Translations under genes and position numbers: made by a program
NCBI GenBank assembly: GCA_963724295.1
Contig: CAVRUC010000005.1
Coordinates: 277,981 to 341,980 of the forward strand
Source of the DNA: an uncultured Chloroflexia bacterium
GTDB taxonomy: Bacteria; Chloroflexota; Chloroflexia; Thermomicrobiales; UBA6265
DNA: 64,000 nt
Reading direction: 5' to 3'
Shown: positions 39,324 through 53,087 of the stretch, one piece after another
How positions within the stretch are numbered: position 1 is the first letter of the stretch
Layout: each line of letters opens with the position of its first letter
Notes under the pieces: generated by a model
The model's input: the letters and a program-made list of their open reading frames with translations, nothing else
The model's database searches: none
What the model was told of the DNA's origin: nothing

Positions 39324-39747
39324 TTCAGCTTCCTTCTATGGCCGACACGTGCTAGCTGCCTGAAATGGCTCTGCTCGTCAGGGGTGTGCACGTTACGGGC
39401 CAACCGGGCGAAGGTAAAAATCCCGCTCACTTGTCGAGATCGGCGCGAGTCTCGGCGCAGGTATTGGTGAAGTCGCCTGGCACCACACAGCGTCGCCATA
39501 GCCGACCTCCCACTCGGGGCCAATCCCTCAGAAATAGTAGAGGGGGACATGGGCCTAGGGATCCCTAAGCCTTTACGATGCAGAGAGGGCGGTTCTCTAG
39601 GAGCGCACCAGCGAGAGGAGCTAGAAGCGAATGGATCGGAAGCTGGGTGTGTCCGTAATGGGTGGCGACCTTCGTCTGGACGGTGTCAGGCGCGTCTGCA
39701 AGAGTCATTCCGGAGAGTGGGAAACATCGCTGTCGTTGCCCGGACGG

Positions 39748-39875
39748 GGTGTCCTGCTGACACCACCCCGGGTGTCGTGTGGACACCCGACCCCCCGTCG
39801 TGACGACACCCCCCTGGTGTCCTGCTGACACCCCAAGAAGTAAACACAGAGAAGAAAACACAAGGAAGAAGGAAT
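39748..39875. repeat. Iteron-like array: 4 x GGTGTC-N5-GACACC, 22-23 bp period, then an A-rich tract
   Basis: Copies at 39748, 39771, 39794 (degenerate) and 39816; aagaagtaaacacagagaagaaaacacaagg follows. Confidence 0.75.
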
Positions 39876-40315
39876 TTTCCGAACGAATCGACAGCAAAAC
39901 GGCAAGGAGGGGTCGCTTGCTCTCCTGCAGTCAGTCGTCATGGCCAGGGTCGGGCTGACGAAACGTGCCGGTGTGGGTTCCACCGCTCGGCGAGCTGGCC
40001 CGGTGGATCGACGCCGGCGGCGCAGATCTGGAGAGCCGGCTGCGGCCGGCAGCCGGGTTGAGCGGCGAGTTTGGGCGCGGTCGATGCCGGCGATTACAAA
40101 GCGGGGGCGTTGGGCCGCTTTATTGCGATTGCGAGTGAAGGATTCCTTCAGGCAGATGCCAGGCTGGCGACGGGATGGTGTGCCCCGCGCAAGGCTGATG
40201 CGACGGCAGCTGGATGGCTCTGCAGTGGGCGGCGGTCGTTATCGAAGCGTTTCAACCTGCAGGTCTGAGAGGCACGCTGGGGGATGGGCATCATCGCGCT
40301 TGCTGGCGCTGACCG

Positions 40316-40463
40316 GGTGTCCTGATGACCCCCTGGCCCCGCACCCTATGCGCCCTCCCCCCGCAACGGCTGCACCCCCCCACCGTCAATCTGTGCACCT
40401 CCCCCCGCAGCCTGTACACCCCAGGAAGGAAACACAGTTAAGGGCAACACAATGAAGGAGGGA
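40316..40463. repeat. Second iteron-like array (CCGCA-N5-TGCACC-like, about 22 bp period) plus A-rich tract
   Basis: ggtgtcctgatgacccc, ccgcaccctatgcgcc, ccgcaacggctgcacc, cgtcaatctgtgcacc, ccgcagcctgtacacc; gaaacacagttaagggcaacacaatgaagg. Confidence 0.65.
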
Positions 40464-40848
40464 GTACTCGAACGAAAGAGAGAAGACTCGTTGTTCTCCT
40501 ACACAGGGACGACCGATTGAATCGGCAAACGTGAGCCACCGCAGTCGACGACTCGGCTCGGCGGAAGCAGCTCTGTGGGAAGATCAGCGCGCGGCAGGTC
40601 CGGGGAAGCCCTGGAACTGCATGGCTTTGACGTGATTCCGATGGCACTATTGTCTACGAGACCGGTTGAGCGAGGACCCCGTTTGCCGTGAGAGCTTGGC
40701 GTCCGCGCCTGTTGGCTTGTGCACTTCTGTCCGTCGCGTCTGCGCTCGGGACTGATGTTGGGATGCAGCAGTCGTTTCCCACCACCTGAGTGATCTGCGG
40801 TCAGCGAGGGACCTCAAGGAACGACCCGAACTAAGCGTGCCTCAAGCC

Positions 40849-42064
40849 TCAACTAGGGAAGCCGAAAGCCAGGCATCTACTCTCAGTGCCCAGCTGCTCC
40901 GCAGCGTCCTTCGGGGTGATGTGCTCTGAAGCGTCCCAATCTATTCTGTCGATCCGAATCTCGCCCACGCTTATTGCACCTTGCGTACCTGAATCCGACC
41001 GCCTAAACCCGACCAGTGCGGCTACATTCGTCCGATATTCGACGGCGAACGCGACCGTCTGGTAGAGATCCGAGCGGACCCAATCTTTGTCCGTCCACTT
41101 GTACTTCACATCGGCAACCGCGAACCCATCGTCGATGACGAGATCGGGGTTGAAGGTCAAGACTCGAGCCGACGAGTTGCCGACCCTTCTTCTCGATACC
41201 CCAGCGATCACCAAGGCGCCGCTGCAGAATTCGCCGAATGCCCTCTTCGACCATCTCTGGCGTACGGATGAGGAACGTTCGCGCGTAGTGCGCACCGGCC
41301 TCGATCGTCCTCCCTTGTCCCGCAAGGATGTGCCGAGCTAACCCTAGAGCATTCCCGTAGTACGCGGTCCGGCGGTCCGTCCGTGCCCGCTCGTCGCCGG
41401 GCCGGATCGACGTGACATCGTCCATCCTCGCTGCAATCGAAAGGGCCCGACGTCGGTCGGACCGTGGGAGGGTGCTGCTCGCGGCAACATGGCGGGCACC
41501 CGCGAGCAGGATCCGATTGAGCGCCGTATTCGCTCCGAACTCCTCGAACTCGCAGAGTGCCTCAACGCGGCCCGAGTTCAAGGCGAGCACGGTGCGCACC
41601 GGGTCGACGCGCCCGCGTATCACTTTGAGCCACCCTCCGGCTTCCTGATAGTCGCGCATCAGGTCTTTCCGGAGCACGCCCTCCATCTCTACGAGATACC
41701 ACTTAGCAACGAGTTCCCAGAGCGAAGCACCCGTCATCGCACGAGCTATCTGCTCGTCCATGCGAGGGAACCGGCCAGATTCGCCGAAGAGGTAGAGGAA
41801 GTGGCTCATGGGGATCTTCGGTCGGACTTCGATCTGGAGATCGCCGATCGACAGCAGTCCAACCGCGTCGGCCACGCGGACCGTCCATAGCCCGCTGCTG
41901 TGTGGCGTGCAGCGGATCACGCTTCGATCCTCGGGAGCGTCCGATTCTCCCCACCACGCTTTGTCTGATGCCAGCCTTCGTCCTGCGGTGCTGAGCGCCG
42001 CGGCCTCGTCCGCGCTCATCGCCAGGGTTGCCGGCTGAGATTCGACAAGCACCTCGGTCCGCAC
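40849..42064 (-). CDS. mcrC: McrC-family PD-(D/E)xK nuclease subunit; frameshift near 41160
   Basis: VG...GDLQIEVRPKI, IRGRVD, C.FEEF..NTALNRIL; PDLV...ADVKYK, DLYQTVAF; overlaps the mcrB stop. Confidence 0.85.
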
Positions 42065-44477
42065 TAGACCGCCGGCCAGAATCGCTCGGGGACGAATGCG
42101 GACCCAATGTCCGGCTGATCGAAGAAGTACTCCTCGATCAGTGGCCCGATCTGGCGCTTCCACACCGAGCGAAGCCGCTCGGCCGTCATCTCATTCGCCA
42201 TGAAGAACGTGTGGCCGATGGCATGGTGCTTGTCGAGGTATTCCTGGAGCTCCTCGTTCAACCGTACGAATCCAGTGAAGAGGTCCGGGACGTGGTTGGT
42301 CCCGTTTGCCTCGTAGTACCGCTCCAGAATACGCACATCGGGAGGGCAGTCGAAGATCTGAAACCGGCGCCGAAGAGCGATGTCGATGCTCCGAATGCTG
42401 CGATCCGCGGTGTTCATGGTGCCGATGAACAGCAGGTTTCTCGGCAATCGAAATCCGCGGGAGTACTGCAAGTCGATGGGTTCGTCGCGATACTCCAGCA
42501 GGTACATCAACTCGCCGAAGACTCGCGGCAGATTGGCCCGATTCATCTCGTCGATGACGAGGACAAATGGCCGATCGTCGGTGTCCATGGCCTCGACGAT
42601 GGACTTCACGACCCCTGGTCGAACTTCGAAGGTCGGCGCTCCGCTCTCGGACCCGGGACGAAGCCCCTCGACGAACTCTTCGTAGCCGTAGCTCGGATGG
42701 AACTGGACGAGGCGCCAGCGACTCGGGGTGTCGTCCGTCAGATAGCGCGCGATCGCTCGTGCCACCCGCGTTTTGCCGGTTCCCGGGGGACCCGCGAGGA
42801 CAATTTGGTGACTGCTACCGCTAAGCGCCTCCACGATCTCGGCAAGATCGGCATCCGTCCACAACGTCTCGCGTCGAAGGGCTTCCCATGCGAGTACTGG
42901 TGTTTTCTCGCGTCCTCGCGGTGACGTGATACGGGCTTCCGACGCGAGTACTGGAGTTTCCCCATCTTCTGGTGGCTTTGGCGCCGAATCTTCGTTCTGG
43001 TAAATGACATCAAGCTTCTCGAGCATTGCACCGAGATCAACCCGCAGCTTCTCGTCATCGGGAATGGCCTCGCTGTCATAGCGGAAGGCAACGACGCTCC
43101 CCTGCTCCCAGAACGGGCCAAGATCCCCGGGGTCATGGAGCGCCATCTGCTGCACCTCCCAATCCAGCTGTAGGATCTTTCGCGCCCAACCAACACACTC
43201 TTGACGGAACGCCGTGGGCAATCCGCGATATTTCCCATCCTCTGAACGTGCCGAACTGAGATGGACAGACAGGTATGCAGCACTGCCGTCAGCCGCAAAG
43301 AGGTAGGCGACGTACCAACGCAAGGGCGAGCGCTCATAACGCTGCCTATCGAAGATCAGAATCCACGGGACCCGCGCCTTCGACCCCGAACCGTCTCCAC
43401 CCTCAACTTCGGGTTGATACGAAAGACCGGGAATGGCAGACAGGAGCGGTTGAAGCGCACGCGGACCATCCTGTTTGAGCAGGCGCCCGCGGAGTTGCAT
43501 TTCGGGGGTGTTGCCGTCTCTGCTGTAGCTGGGCTGCAGTTCGAGCACGCCTCGCAAAACCTCCGAAAAGGAATCGGTTGTTTCCTCGTCGGCGGCATAG
43601 ATCGCATCAAGCATTTGAAGCATGGTTCGCAGATCGGCCTGAAGTCGCTCGTCGTCGGGAATTGCTTCGCTGTCGTAGCGGTAGGCGAAGACATTGCCAT
43701 GCTCGTATCCCTGGACCGAGGCCCCCAGGATCGTGCAGCGCGATCTCCTGCAGTAGACGTTCGTCTCCGCGTGAGGCGAGAATCGAACGCGCCCACTCGG
43801 CCCGTTGCTGAAGGTACGCAGGTGGCCGGCTGCGGAAATCGCCACCCTCGAACGTCGTCGTCCCCTGGCCTAGTGACAAATACACTGCGCTTCCGTCGGC
43901 AGCAAAGAGATAGGCAATGAACCACCCTCCGGTCGCTTTCGGGGAGCGCTGTTCTGTCGAAGATCCTGAGCCAGGGGACTCTCGTCTTTAGTCCGGTCCC
44001 GTCGCGACCCTCGATCTCGGGATTGAAGGAAAGGGAAGGAGGGTCGGAGAGAAAGAGTTGAAGGGCGCGCCGGCCGTCGTCCCTCACCAAACGTCCGCGG
44101 AGTTCCATTTCCGGTGTGTTGCTACTGCTATAGCTGCGCTGAAGCTCGAGCACGCGCCGCATGATTTCCGAAAACGGCTCTGAGGGCTCCGGCTCTCGGG
44201 CGCGCACGACGAATCCCAACTCTTCGAGCTTCGGTCGGACCGTGGCATCACCCCCAATGAATTCTTCGGGCCTCAGCGGGCCGCGGTCAGGGTGCTCGAT
44301 ACCGTGCGCAACCCCGACGATCGCCTTAGAGTCGTAGAGGATTCCGTTTCGCTCCACGAAGTAGTTTCGAGAGCGACCGAAGCCGTACTTCCGAAGGAAC
44401 GCGTCACGTCCGATTTGATCGAACTCGTCCATTGCTTTATTGACGGCGGTTGGATCGGTGAGTTCAGCCAGCACCAT
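42064..44477 (-). CDS. mcrB: McrB-family GTPase with three N-terminal recognition domains; two frameshifts (about 43950 and 43710)
   Basis: GPPGTGKT, QFHPSYGYEEFVEG, IDEMNRANLPRVFGEL, GTMNTADRSI, ALRRRF; two DUF3578-like repeats. Confidence 0.88.
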
Positions 44478-44570
44478 CGGGCTTGCTCCTGTGAAGCCGA
44501 AGCTTCGGAGATTTGCTTTCAGGCACCGCATTGAATAGCGACGGCATTCCCATCAGCGGGGTTCGTGCAT

Positions 44571-44795
44571 TCACCGCTGCGGCACCTTGAGCAAATCCAA
44601 GGGATCGACTTTGAAAGAGGCGGCGAGCTTCTCGAGGGTCTGTAGGGTGACGTTGCGCTCACCCCGCTCGACTGCGCCGATGTAGGTACGATGCAGGCCA
44701 CACTGATCGGCAAGAGCCTCCTGCGACAGCCCGGCGGCCTCGCGAAGTCGGCGCAAGTTCTGTCCGAGGCGCTTGTTGAGTACTCCGGGTCCCAT
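44571..44795 (-). CDS. XRE HTH controller (C)-protein-like regulator
   Basis: LSQEALA...[24 protein letters not shown]. Confidence 0.88.
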   Translation of the reverse strand: MGPGVLNKRLGQNLRRLREAAGLSQEALADQCGLHRTYIGAVERGERNVTLQTLEKLAASFKVDPLDLLKVPQR

Positions 44796-44812
44796 GCAGG
44801 AACCGTCTGACG

Positions 44813-44843
44813 ATGATGACTATTCGTCTACAGACTAAAAGTA
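44813..44843 (-). promoter_or_regulatory. C-box: tandem controller-protein operators
   Basis: Minus strand TACT-TTT-AGTC TGTA GACG-AAT-AGTC ATCAT, about 17 nt before the ATG; matches the GACT-N3-AGTC x2 layout. Confidence 0.78.
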
Positions 44844-45184
44844 GCGATATGGGTGCCTTAGTAGAGAGCGGACTTGTTCCCCATCAAATACCATCGTTCT
44901 GACATCGTCTTTCTCCACTATGCTGCTGAGTCAAGACCAGGTCATCTCCCTTCGCCCCAATTGCCGCGGGGGCCACCTGGCTGGCGGAAATGTGAAACGT
45001 CAACGATGACCGCCGAATTTGTGACTTTCCCTTGACGCAACATCTTGCGGATAAGCAATTTCTCTCACGTCTCGGTATCGCTATTTTGGTAGTCTCTTGC
45101 AGGTATTCCACCTGACGTCATCGTAGTGTCACGTATCCTGTGAGCAATCGCCCCAAGTTGTTCCCGTGAATGAAGGACTGACGC

Positions 45185-48100
45185 ATGGCGCAGACGGTGA
45201 TCGCGGACGATGCGCTCGTCACGGATGAGTACAGCGTCGGGCTGGATGAGCGGGGGCGCGTCCGGATCTCGCCGACCGATGTCTCGCAGTTCATCCGGCT
45301 CGACCAGTGCGAGCGCTACCTGCGACTGCGGCTCCACGAGCGGTCTGCCGGCCGCGAGTTCATGCACGACTATGGCGTCGTGCCGCAGTCGATCCCTCCC
45401 CTGCTGACCCGATCCGGCGAGCACGTTCGAGGAGAAGGTCGAACGGACCGTGGCGGCGCGCTTCCGCACCGTCAACCTGGCGGACGGGATCGACAGTCCC
45501 GGGCTCCCGGCCGACGACAACGAGCGCGTCGTGGCCCTGGCGCGGGACCTCGCCGCCGGGGAGACGCTCGTCGTCTTCCAGCCGCGGCTGCTCGTCGCCC
45601 TCGGCGGCTGGGACGTCCGTGGCGACATCGACGTGCTGCGGCTCGCGCGCGATGCGGCGGGCGCGCTGCAGGTCCTGATCGCCGATGTGAAAAGCTCGAC
45701 GGCGGCCAAGGTCGAGCACCGGCTGCAGGTCGCCTTCTACTCGGAGATGGTCGCGGCGCTGCTGGCCGAGGCCGGGATCGCCGTCGACCGGATCGACCTG
45801 GGGATCCTCTACCGGGGGCCGACCGACGACGCGCGGCCGGCGACGGCGGATGAACGTGACGCGCCGGGAGCGGAGCGGGCGCGAGCCCGGGATCTGCTGG
45901 GGGTGGAGGACGGGCTGCTGGAGCTGGTGGCCGATGCCGACGCCTACCGCGGCTCGGTGCGGGACCTGGTGACCGGCGAGCGTTCGACGGCGCGGCGCGT
46001 GATGGAGCGAGCCGTTCGCGGCCATCCCCTTCCACCTGACGTACAAGTGCGACGGCTGCCTCTACAACGAGTTCTGCATGAAGCGGAGCGCGGAGACGGA
46101 CGACCTGTCGCTGCTGCCGAACCTCACCGAGCAGGACAAGCGCGCGCTCCTGCGCAAAGGGATCGCCACCCCCGCGGATCTGGTGGCGCTCAAGGAGCTG
46201 CGCCGGGAAGGTCAGATCTCGGTCGACGGCGTCATCCAGGAGCGGACCGAGCTGGTGCCGGCGGCGGGGAAGGAGGGCCTCGCTCGCAGCCTGGCCGCGA
46301 CCTGGCCGGTGGGGCCGCGACTCGACGAGCTGATCCACCGCGCGCGTCGCTACCGGCGGTGGAAGAACGATGCCGTCGATGCCCTGTCGTACATCCCGAG
46401 CAAGGGCTATGGCTCGCTGCCGTATTGCGATGCGACGCAGAACCCCAATCTGGTCCGGGTCTACATCGATGCCCAGCACGACTACCTGCTCGACCGGACC
46501 TACCTGCTCGGCGCGCTGGTCGTGGCGAGCGAGGGTGGGGTGGAGAGTCCGGAGCGGCGGCGGAGCGTCGTGCGGCTGAGCGAGGGTCCGCCGGACACGC
46601 TGGCCAAGGAGGAGCGGCTCTTCGTCGACTGGATCGAGGAGACGCTGCGGGCGATCGTCGAGCTGGCGGCGCCTGACGAGGAGGGGAACGCGCGGGCGCC
46701 GATCCACCTCATCTTCTACAACGAGTTCGCGCAGCGGGTGCTGCTGGACGGTCTGGCCCGCCACGCCGGGACGATCCTGGGGGCGACGCCGCTCTACGAC
46801 TTCGTGACCCAGCTGGCGGCCTTCGACTCGCCGATCGCGACGTTTCTCGATCGGGAGATCCGCGAGCAGAAGAACTACCCGATGGTCTGCCAGTCGTTGC
46901 AGGCGGTGGCGGCGTTTCTGAGGTTCGACTGGAACGAGGGGACGCCCTACCGGGACATCTTCCGGACCCGGCTCTTCGACTTCTGGGCCAAGATGGAGCC
47001 GGCCGCGGAGGATCCCGAGATCCCGGGGACGGGGAGCTGGTACACCGGGCGCGCCCGCTTCAACAGCCAGATCCCGCTCGAATACGCCTACGCGGCCTGG
47101 GGCGATCTGCCGTGGCCGCCGCTCGAGGGGGAACGACGAGCTGGCGCCGTATCGGGACGTGACGCCCGATCTGCTGCGGGGGTTCCACGCCCGCCGGCTC
47201 GAGGCGATGGAGCGGGTGGCGAAGGATTTTCGCGGCAACAAGCAGACGGAGAAGACGACGTTCGATCTGCCCGACCTGGCGACGTTCGAGCAGAAGGCGC
47301 GCACGCTGGCCCACGCGCTGGAGGAGTTCGTCACGATCGAGCGGCACGTCACGCTGGCGGCCTGGAAGCGGGAGCGGCTGGCGCCGCCGGAGCAGCGGGT
47401 GCTGGCCGGGCAGACGCTGGTCGTCGAGTATCGGGAAGAGGATCAGGAGCCGGGGGTCGCCGAGCAGAACCGGGAGAACGAGCGGCGAAGATTGCTCAGA
47501 GAGGAGCTGCGGGCCGCCTACCGCGAGGCACACCCGGACGCCAAGCAGGTGAAGCTCTCGCACGGAAGAGGAAGGCGGAGTCGGACTGGTCGCAGGAGGG
47601 GATGCGGTTCCGGCTGCGCCTGGCGTGCGGCGACGTCGCCTGCGATCTCGACGAGGTACTGGGGCTGACGACGCTGAAGCCGGACGAATGGCTGGTGATC
47701 AATCCCCGCTGGACCGTCGACAGCCGCCTGCCGGAGGCGGAGCGGTTCGAGTTCACCCCGACCGCCAAGCAGATGCTGTACGGCATGCGGGGCGAGCTGG
47801 AGCGGATCACGGTGCGGCGCGACGGTGAGCGGGCGATCGAGGCCTGGGCCGAGGTCGTGATGCTGGGGCAGCGAAGTGGAGGATCCGGACCAAAGGGGTT
47901 CGTTTTCGGCACGATTGACGAGCTTCCCCTGGTACCCGGCAAGACCTATACCCTCGACCCGAATCCGAACGACTTCAACGGATTGCACGCCGCACAGGTC
48001 GCCGGGGGAGTGGTGGCCGGCGGCAAGAACACGCTCTACGCCGTGCTGGCCGGGGAGGAACGGCCGCTGCCGCTCTGGCCGGAGGCGGGGGCGGAGGGGC

Positions 48101-49666
48101 AAAAGCGGTTCATGGCGGGGCTCGACGCGCTCCACGCGGCGGGGGCGCTGCACGGGTTCGAGCCGAGCAAGCGGGAGTTCATCGGGGGCCATGGCGGGAC
48201 GCCGGTGCTGCTGGTGCAGGGTCCGCCGGGGACCGGCAAGAGCTACTCGACGGCCTTTGCGCTCTTCGCCCGGCTGCAGGGGGCGATGGCGGCCGACCAG
48301 GACTTCCGCGCCTTCCTCTCCTGCAAGACCCATGCGGCGACCGACGTGCTGCTGGAGAACGTGGTCAGGGTGCGGGAGATGCTGCGCGGGTTCGCCGCCT
48401 CGCGGCCGGAGCTCTTCGCCGCCTATTTCGATCCGCGGTTGCTGGAGGTTCCGCTGTTCCGGATCCGGCCGCGCGGCGAGATTCCGGGCGTGATCCCGCT
48501 GCCGAGAGACGACGACCGGGAGCCGGGGACACCGCGCGCGGCGGATCAGATTGAGGCAGTCGCGGTGGTGCGTCGTGGCGGCGACTCCAGGCGGGACGCG
48601 CGGTCTGATCAAGGACAAGTGGCCGAAGGAGCTGTTCGGGCATCACCTGGCGGACTGCCTGGTGCTCGACGAGGCGTCGCAGATGAACCTGCCGGAGGCG
48701 ATCATGGCGGCGCTGCCGCTGAAGCCGGACGGGCGGCTGGTGGTGGTGGGAGACCATCGCCAGATGCCGCCGATCGTCAAGCACGACTGGGCGAGCGAGC
48801 CGCGGCGGACGTTCCAGGAGTTCCGCTCCTACGAGTCGCTGTTCATGGCGCTGCTGCCGCTCGAGCCGCCGATGGTGAAGTTCGAGGAGAGCTTCCGGCT
48901 GCACGCCGACATGGCGGAGTTCCTGCGGCGGGAGGTCTACGCCCATGACGGGATCAACTACCACTCCAACCGGCACGACGTGCTCGAGGCGCGGCCGACC
49001 GGCGACGACTTCCTGGCCGCGGTGCTGGCGCCGGAGCACCCGCTGGTGGTGGTGGTCCACGACGAAGCGGAGAGCCAGGTCCGCAACACGTTCGAGCAAC
49101 GGCTGATCGCGCCGATCCTGGAGCTGCTGGCACTGGCGGATCCGGCGGGGTACGGACTCGGTCCCGAAAGCGGGCTGGGGGTGGTGGTGCCGCACCGGGC
49201 GCAGCGGGCGGATCTGCAGGAGGTGGTGCCGGCGCTGACGGTGATCGATCCGGTGACCGGGGCGGTGACGCTCTCGGCGGTGGACACGGTCGAGCGGTTC
49301 CAGGGCGGAGAGCGGACGGTGATCCTGGTGGGGGCGACGGAGAGCGATCGGGAGTATCTGCTGGCGTCGAGTCAGTTTCTGCTCGACCCGCGACGGCTGA
49401 CGGTGGCCCTGAGCCGGGCGAAGCGGAAGATGGTGCTGGTGGCGGCGCGCTCGGTCTTCGAGCTGTTCAGCGCCGACGAGGAGACGTTCGCGAACTCACA
49501 GCTGTGGAAGAACCTGCTCAGGCGGACCTGCACGGTGCCGCTGTGGAGTGGGGAGCGGAGCGGCCGGCGGGTGGAAGTCTGGGGCAATTCCCCGACCCCT
49601 CAAGTGAGGCATCGTTGCCAACGCCGCGACGGCCTTCGCGCGGTCAGATGTGACCGCGCGAACTAA
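45185..49666 (+). CDS. Large Dna2-like Fe-S nuclease/SF1 helicase; at least four frameshifts
   Basis: QCER; D.L...ADVKSS...QVAFY; C-x2-C-x5-C (KCDGCLYNEFC); GPPGTGKS, DEASQ, GDHRQ, TVERFQGGE, VALSRAK. Confidence 0.8.
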
Positions 49667-49720
49667 TGCTATGTCTAGTGCTCTGACACAGGGAGGGTGT
49701 CTTTCTGAACCAGCCGGCCA

Positions 49721-49842
49721 GGTGCCATTCTGAGCCCGCAGGCGAACTTGCAGAATCTTGTCTGCTGGGCAAGAACGCGGCAAATCGACGAGATTCCTCG
49801 TGCCTCGGAATGACACCATTCCCGTGTGCCTCGGCATGACAC
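49721..49842. repeat. Palindromic REP-like element, same family as 38212
   Basis: ggtgccattctgagcccgcaggcgaa...gacgagattcctcgtgcctcggaatgacacc. Confidence 0.75.
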
Positions 49843-49870
49843 GTTCACGCTGTCGCGGTGCTCAGGGAGT

Positions 49871-50161
49871 CTAGGGCTGGTCGGCTGAACCCTGGGCCTG
49901 ACGGGTCCGCTCGTCCTGGATATCGCGGTTTCGCTGCAGGCTGGCTTGCTCCCACTCCCGGTCTTCGGCCGACATCCCGGTCAGCCGTAGGTCTTCGCGC
50001 TGGCTGATCTCTTCTTCGGGGGACTGGGCCCGGCCCAGCTCCTGGGTGCCCATCCGCAGATCCCGCGTTTGCCGTACCTGAGTCTTCCGCGAGCGCTGGT
50101 AGGCAACGATGATGGCAACGATGACCACGACCGCGACAAGGATCAACACCTGGTTCGACAT
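49871..50161 (-). CDS. Small single-TM hypothetical protein
   Basis: MSNQVLILVAVVVIVAIIVAY; SD aaggag. Confidence 0.7.
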   Translation of the reverse strand: MSNQVLILVAVVVIVAIIVAYQRSRKTQVRQTRDLRMGTQELGRAQSPEEEISQREDLRLTGMSAEDREWEQASLQRNRDIQDERTRQAQGSADQP

Positions 50162-50432
50162 TGACCGGTCTCCTTTCGCTCTGCGGGGGCCTCTACTCGG
50201 GTGGCTCTCGTGACGCCGCCCCGACCCAACCTGGGACAGGTCAGCCGACCTCATCGCCGGCGTGCGTCATGGCCCATACTATCGCGCTCTGTCCTGCGTC
50301 ACCGCGCGGTGTCGTCGCTCGGGCGCACGCCGTGTCCGCAGGCACTTAGCACATTTCTGCGGGCATCGTCAGTGCGCGTTACCGTCACCACCGACCTCGG
50401 CGCCAATGGCTCCCCAGGTTCTGGATCGTCCG

Positions 50433-50705
50433 TCAAGAGCCCGGTGTCGCTCCAGCCGCCTGCTGGGCGGAGATCTCTGCGACCGGAGCCCTCCCTTTGG
50501 CATCGACCGCGGCCGTCACGAACGCCATGGCTTGGGCAAAGCATTTCGCCGGATCGGCCGTGGGCGGAAGGCTGTTCCGCAGCGGGGTCTTGTTCTCGAT
50601 GATGATGCTGTGCCAGGACCCCTCGTCGCGATAGGCACGGAGACGGAAGCTGCGCTCCCCGTAGTCAAACGTCATGTCCTCCTTGGCAAGATCAATGGTG
50701 CTCAT
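50433..50705 (-). CDS. Hypothetical protein
   Basis: SD aaggag; globular-looking 90 aa. Confidence 0.7.
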   Translation of the reverse strand: MSTIDLAKEDMTFDYGERSFRLRAYRDEGSWHSIIIENKTPLRNSLPPTADPAKCFAQAMAFVTAAVDAKGRAPVAEISAQQAAGATPGS

Positions 50706-50755
50706 CGTGTGCTCCTTACTCGCAGCTTTGGACCGTGGTGGTGTCCAACTGGTCA

Positions 50756-52859
<2,104 letters not shown>

Positions 52860-52971
52860 TTGTGCAACTCCTCGCGCGTATAGATGTTTCGTGCAACACA
52901 CGTACCGGTCACTCGACCGCGCGCCGTGAGTCCTTGTTGCCTTGGCGTGTCTTCGCAGTGTACTCGAGTCG

Positions 52972-52998
52972 TTAGCACTCTACAAGGCAGAGTGCTAG
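52972..52998. promoter_or_regulatory. CIRCE element (HrcA operator)
   Basis: TTAGCACTC-N9-GAGTGCTAG upstream of groES. Confidence 0.93.
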
Positions 52999-53087
52999 AC
53001 ACCCGCTGCATGCAGAGCCTATACTGGCGGGAGATTCCAATGTATTGGAATCTTTAGCCCACGGAGACACGAGGAGATCGCACGCCG

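Noticed and set aside
45185..46080. Stand-alone cas4 / CRISPR adaptation gene
   Set aside because: The Cas4-like domain is the N-terminus of a helicase fusion, with no cas1, cas2 or array.
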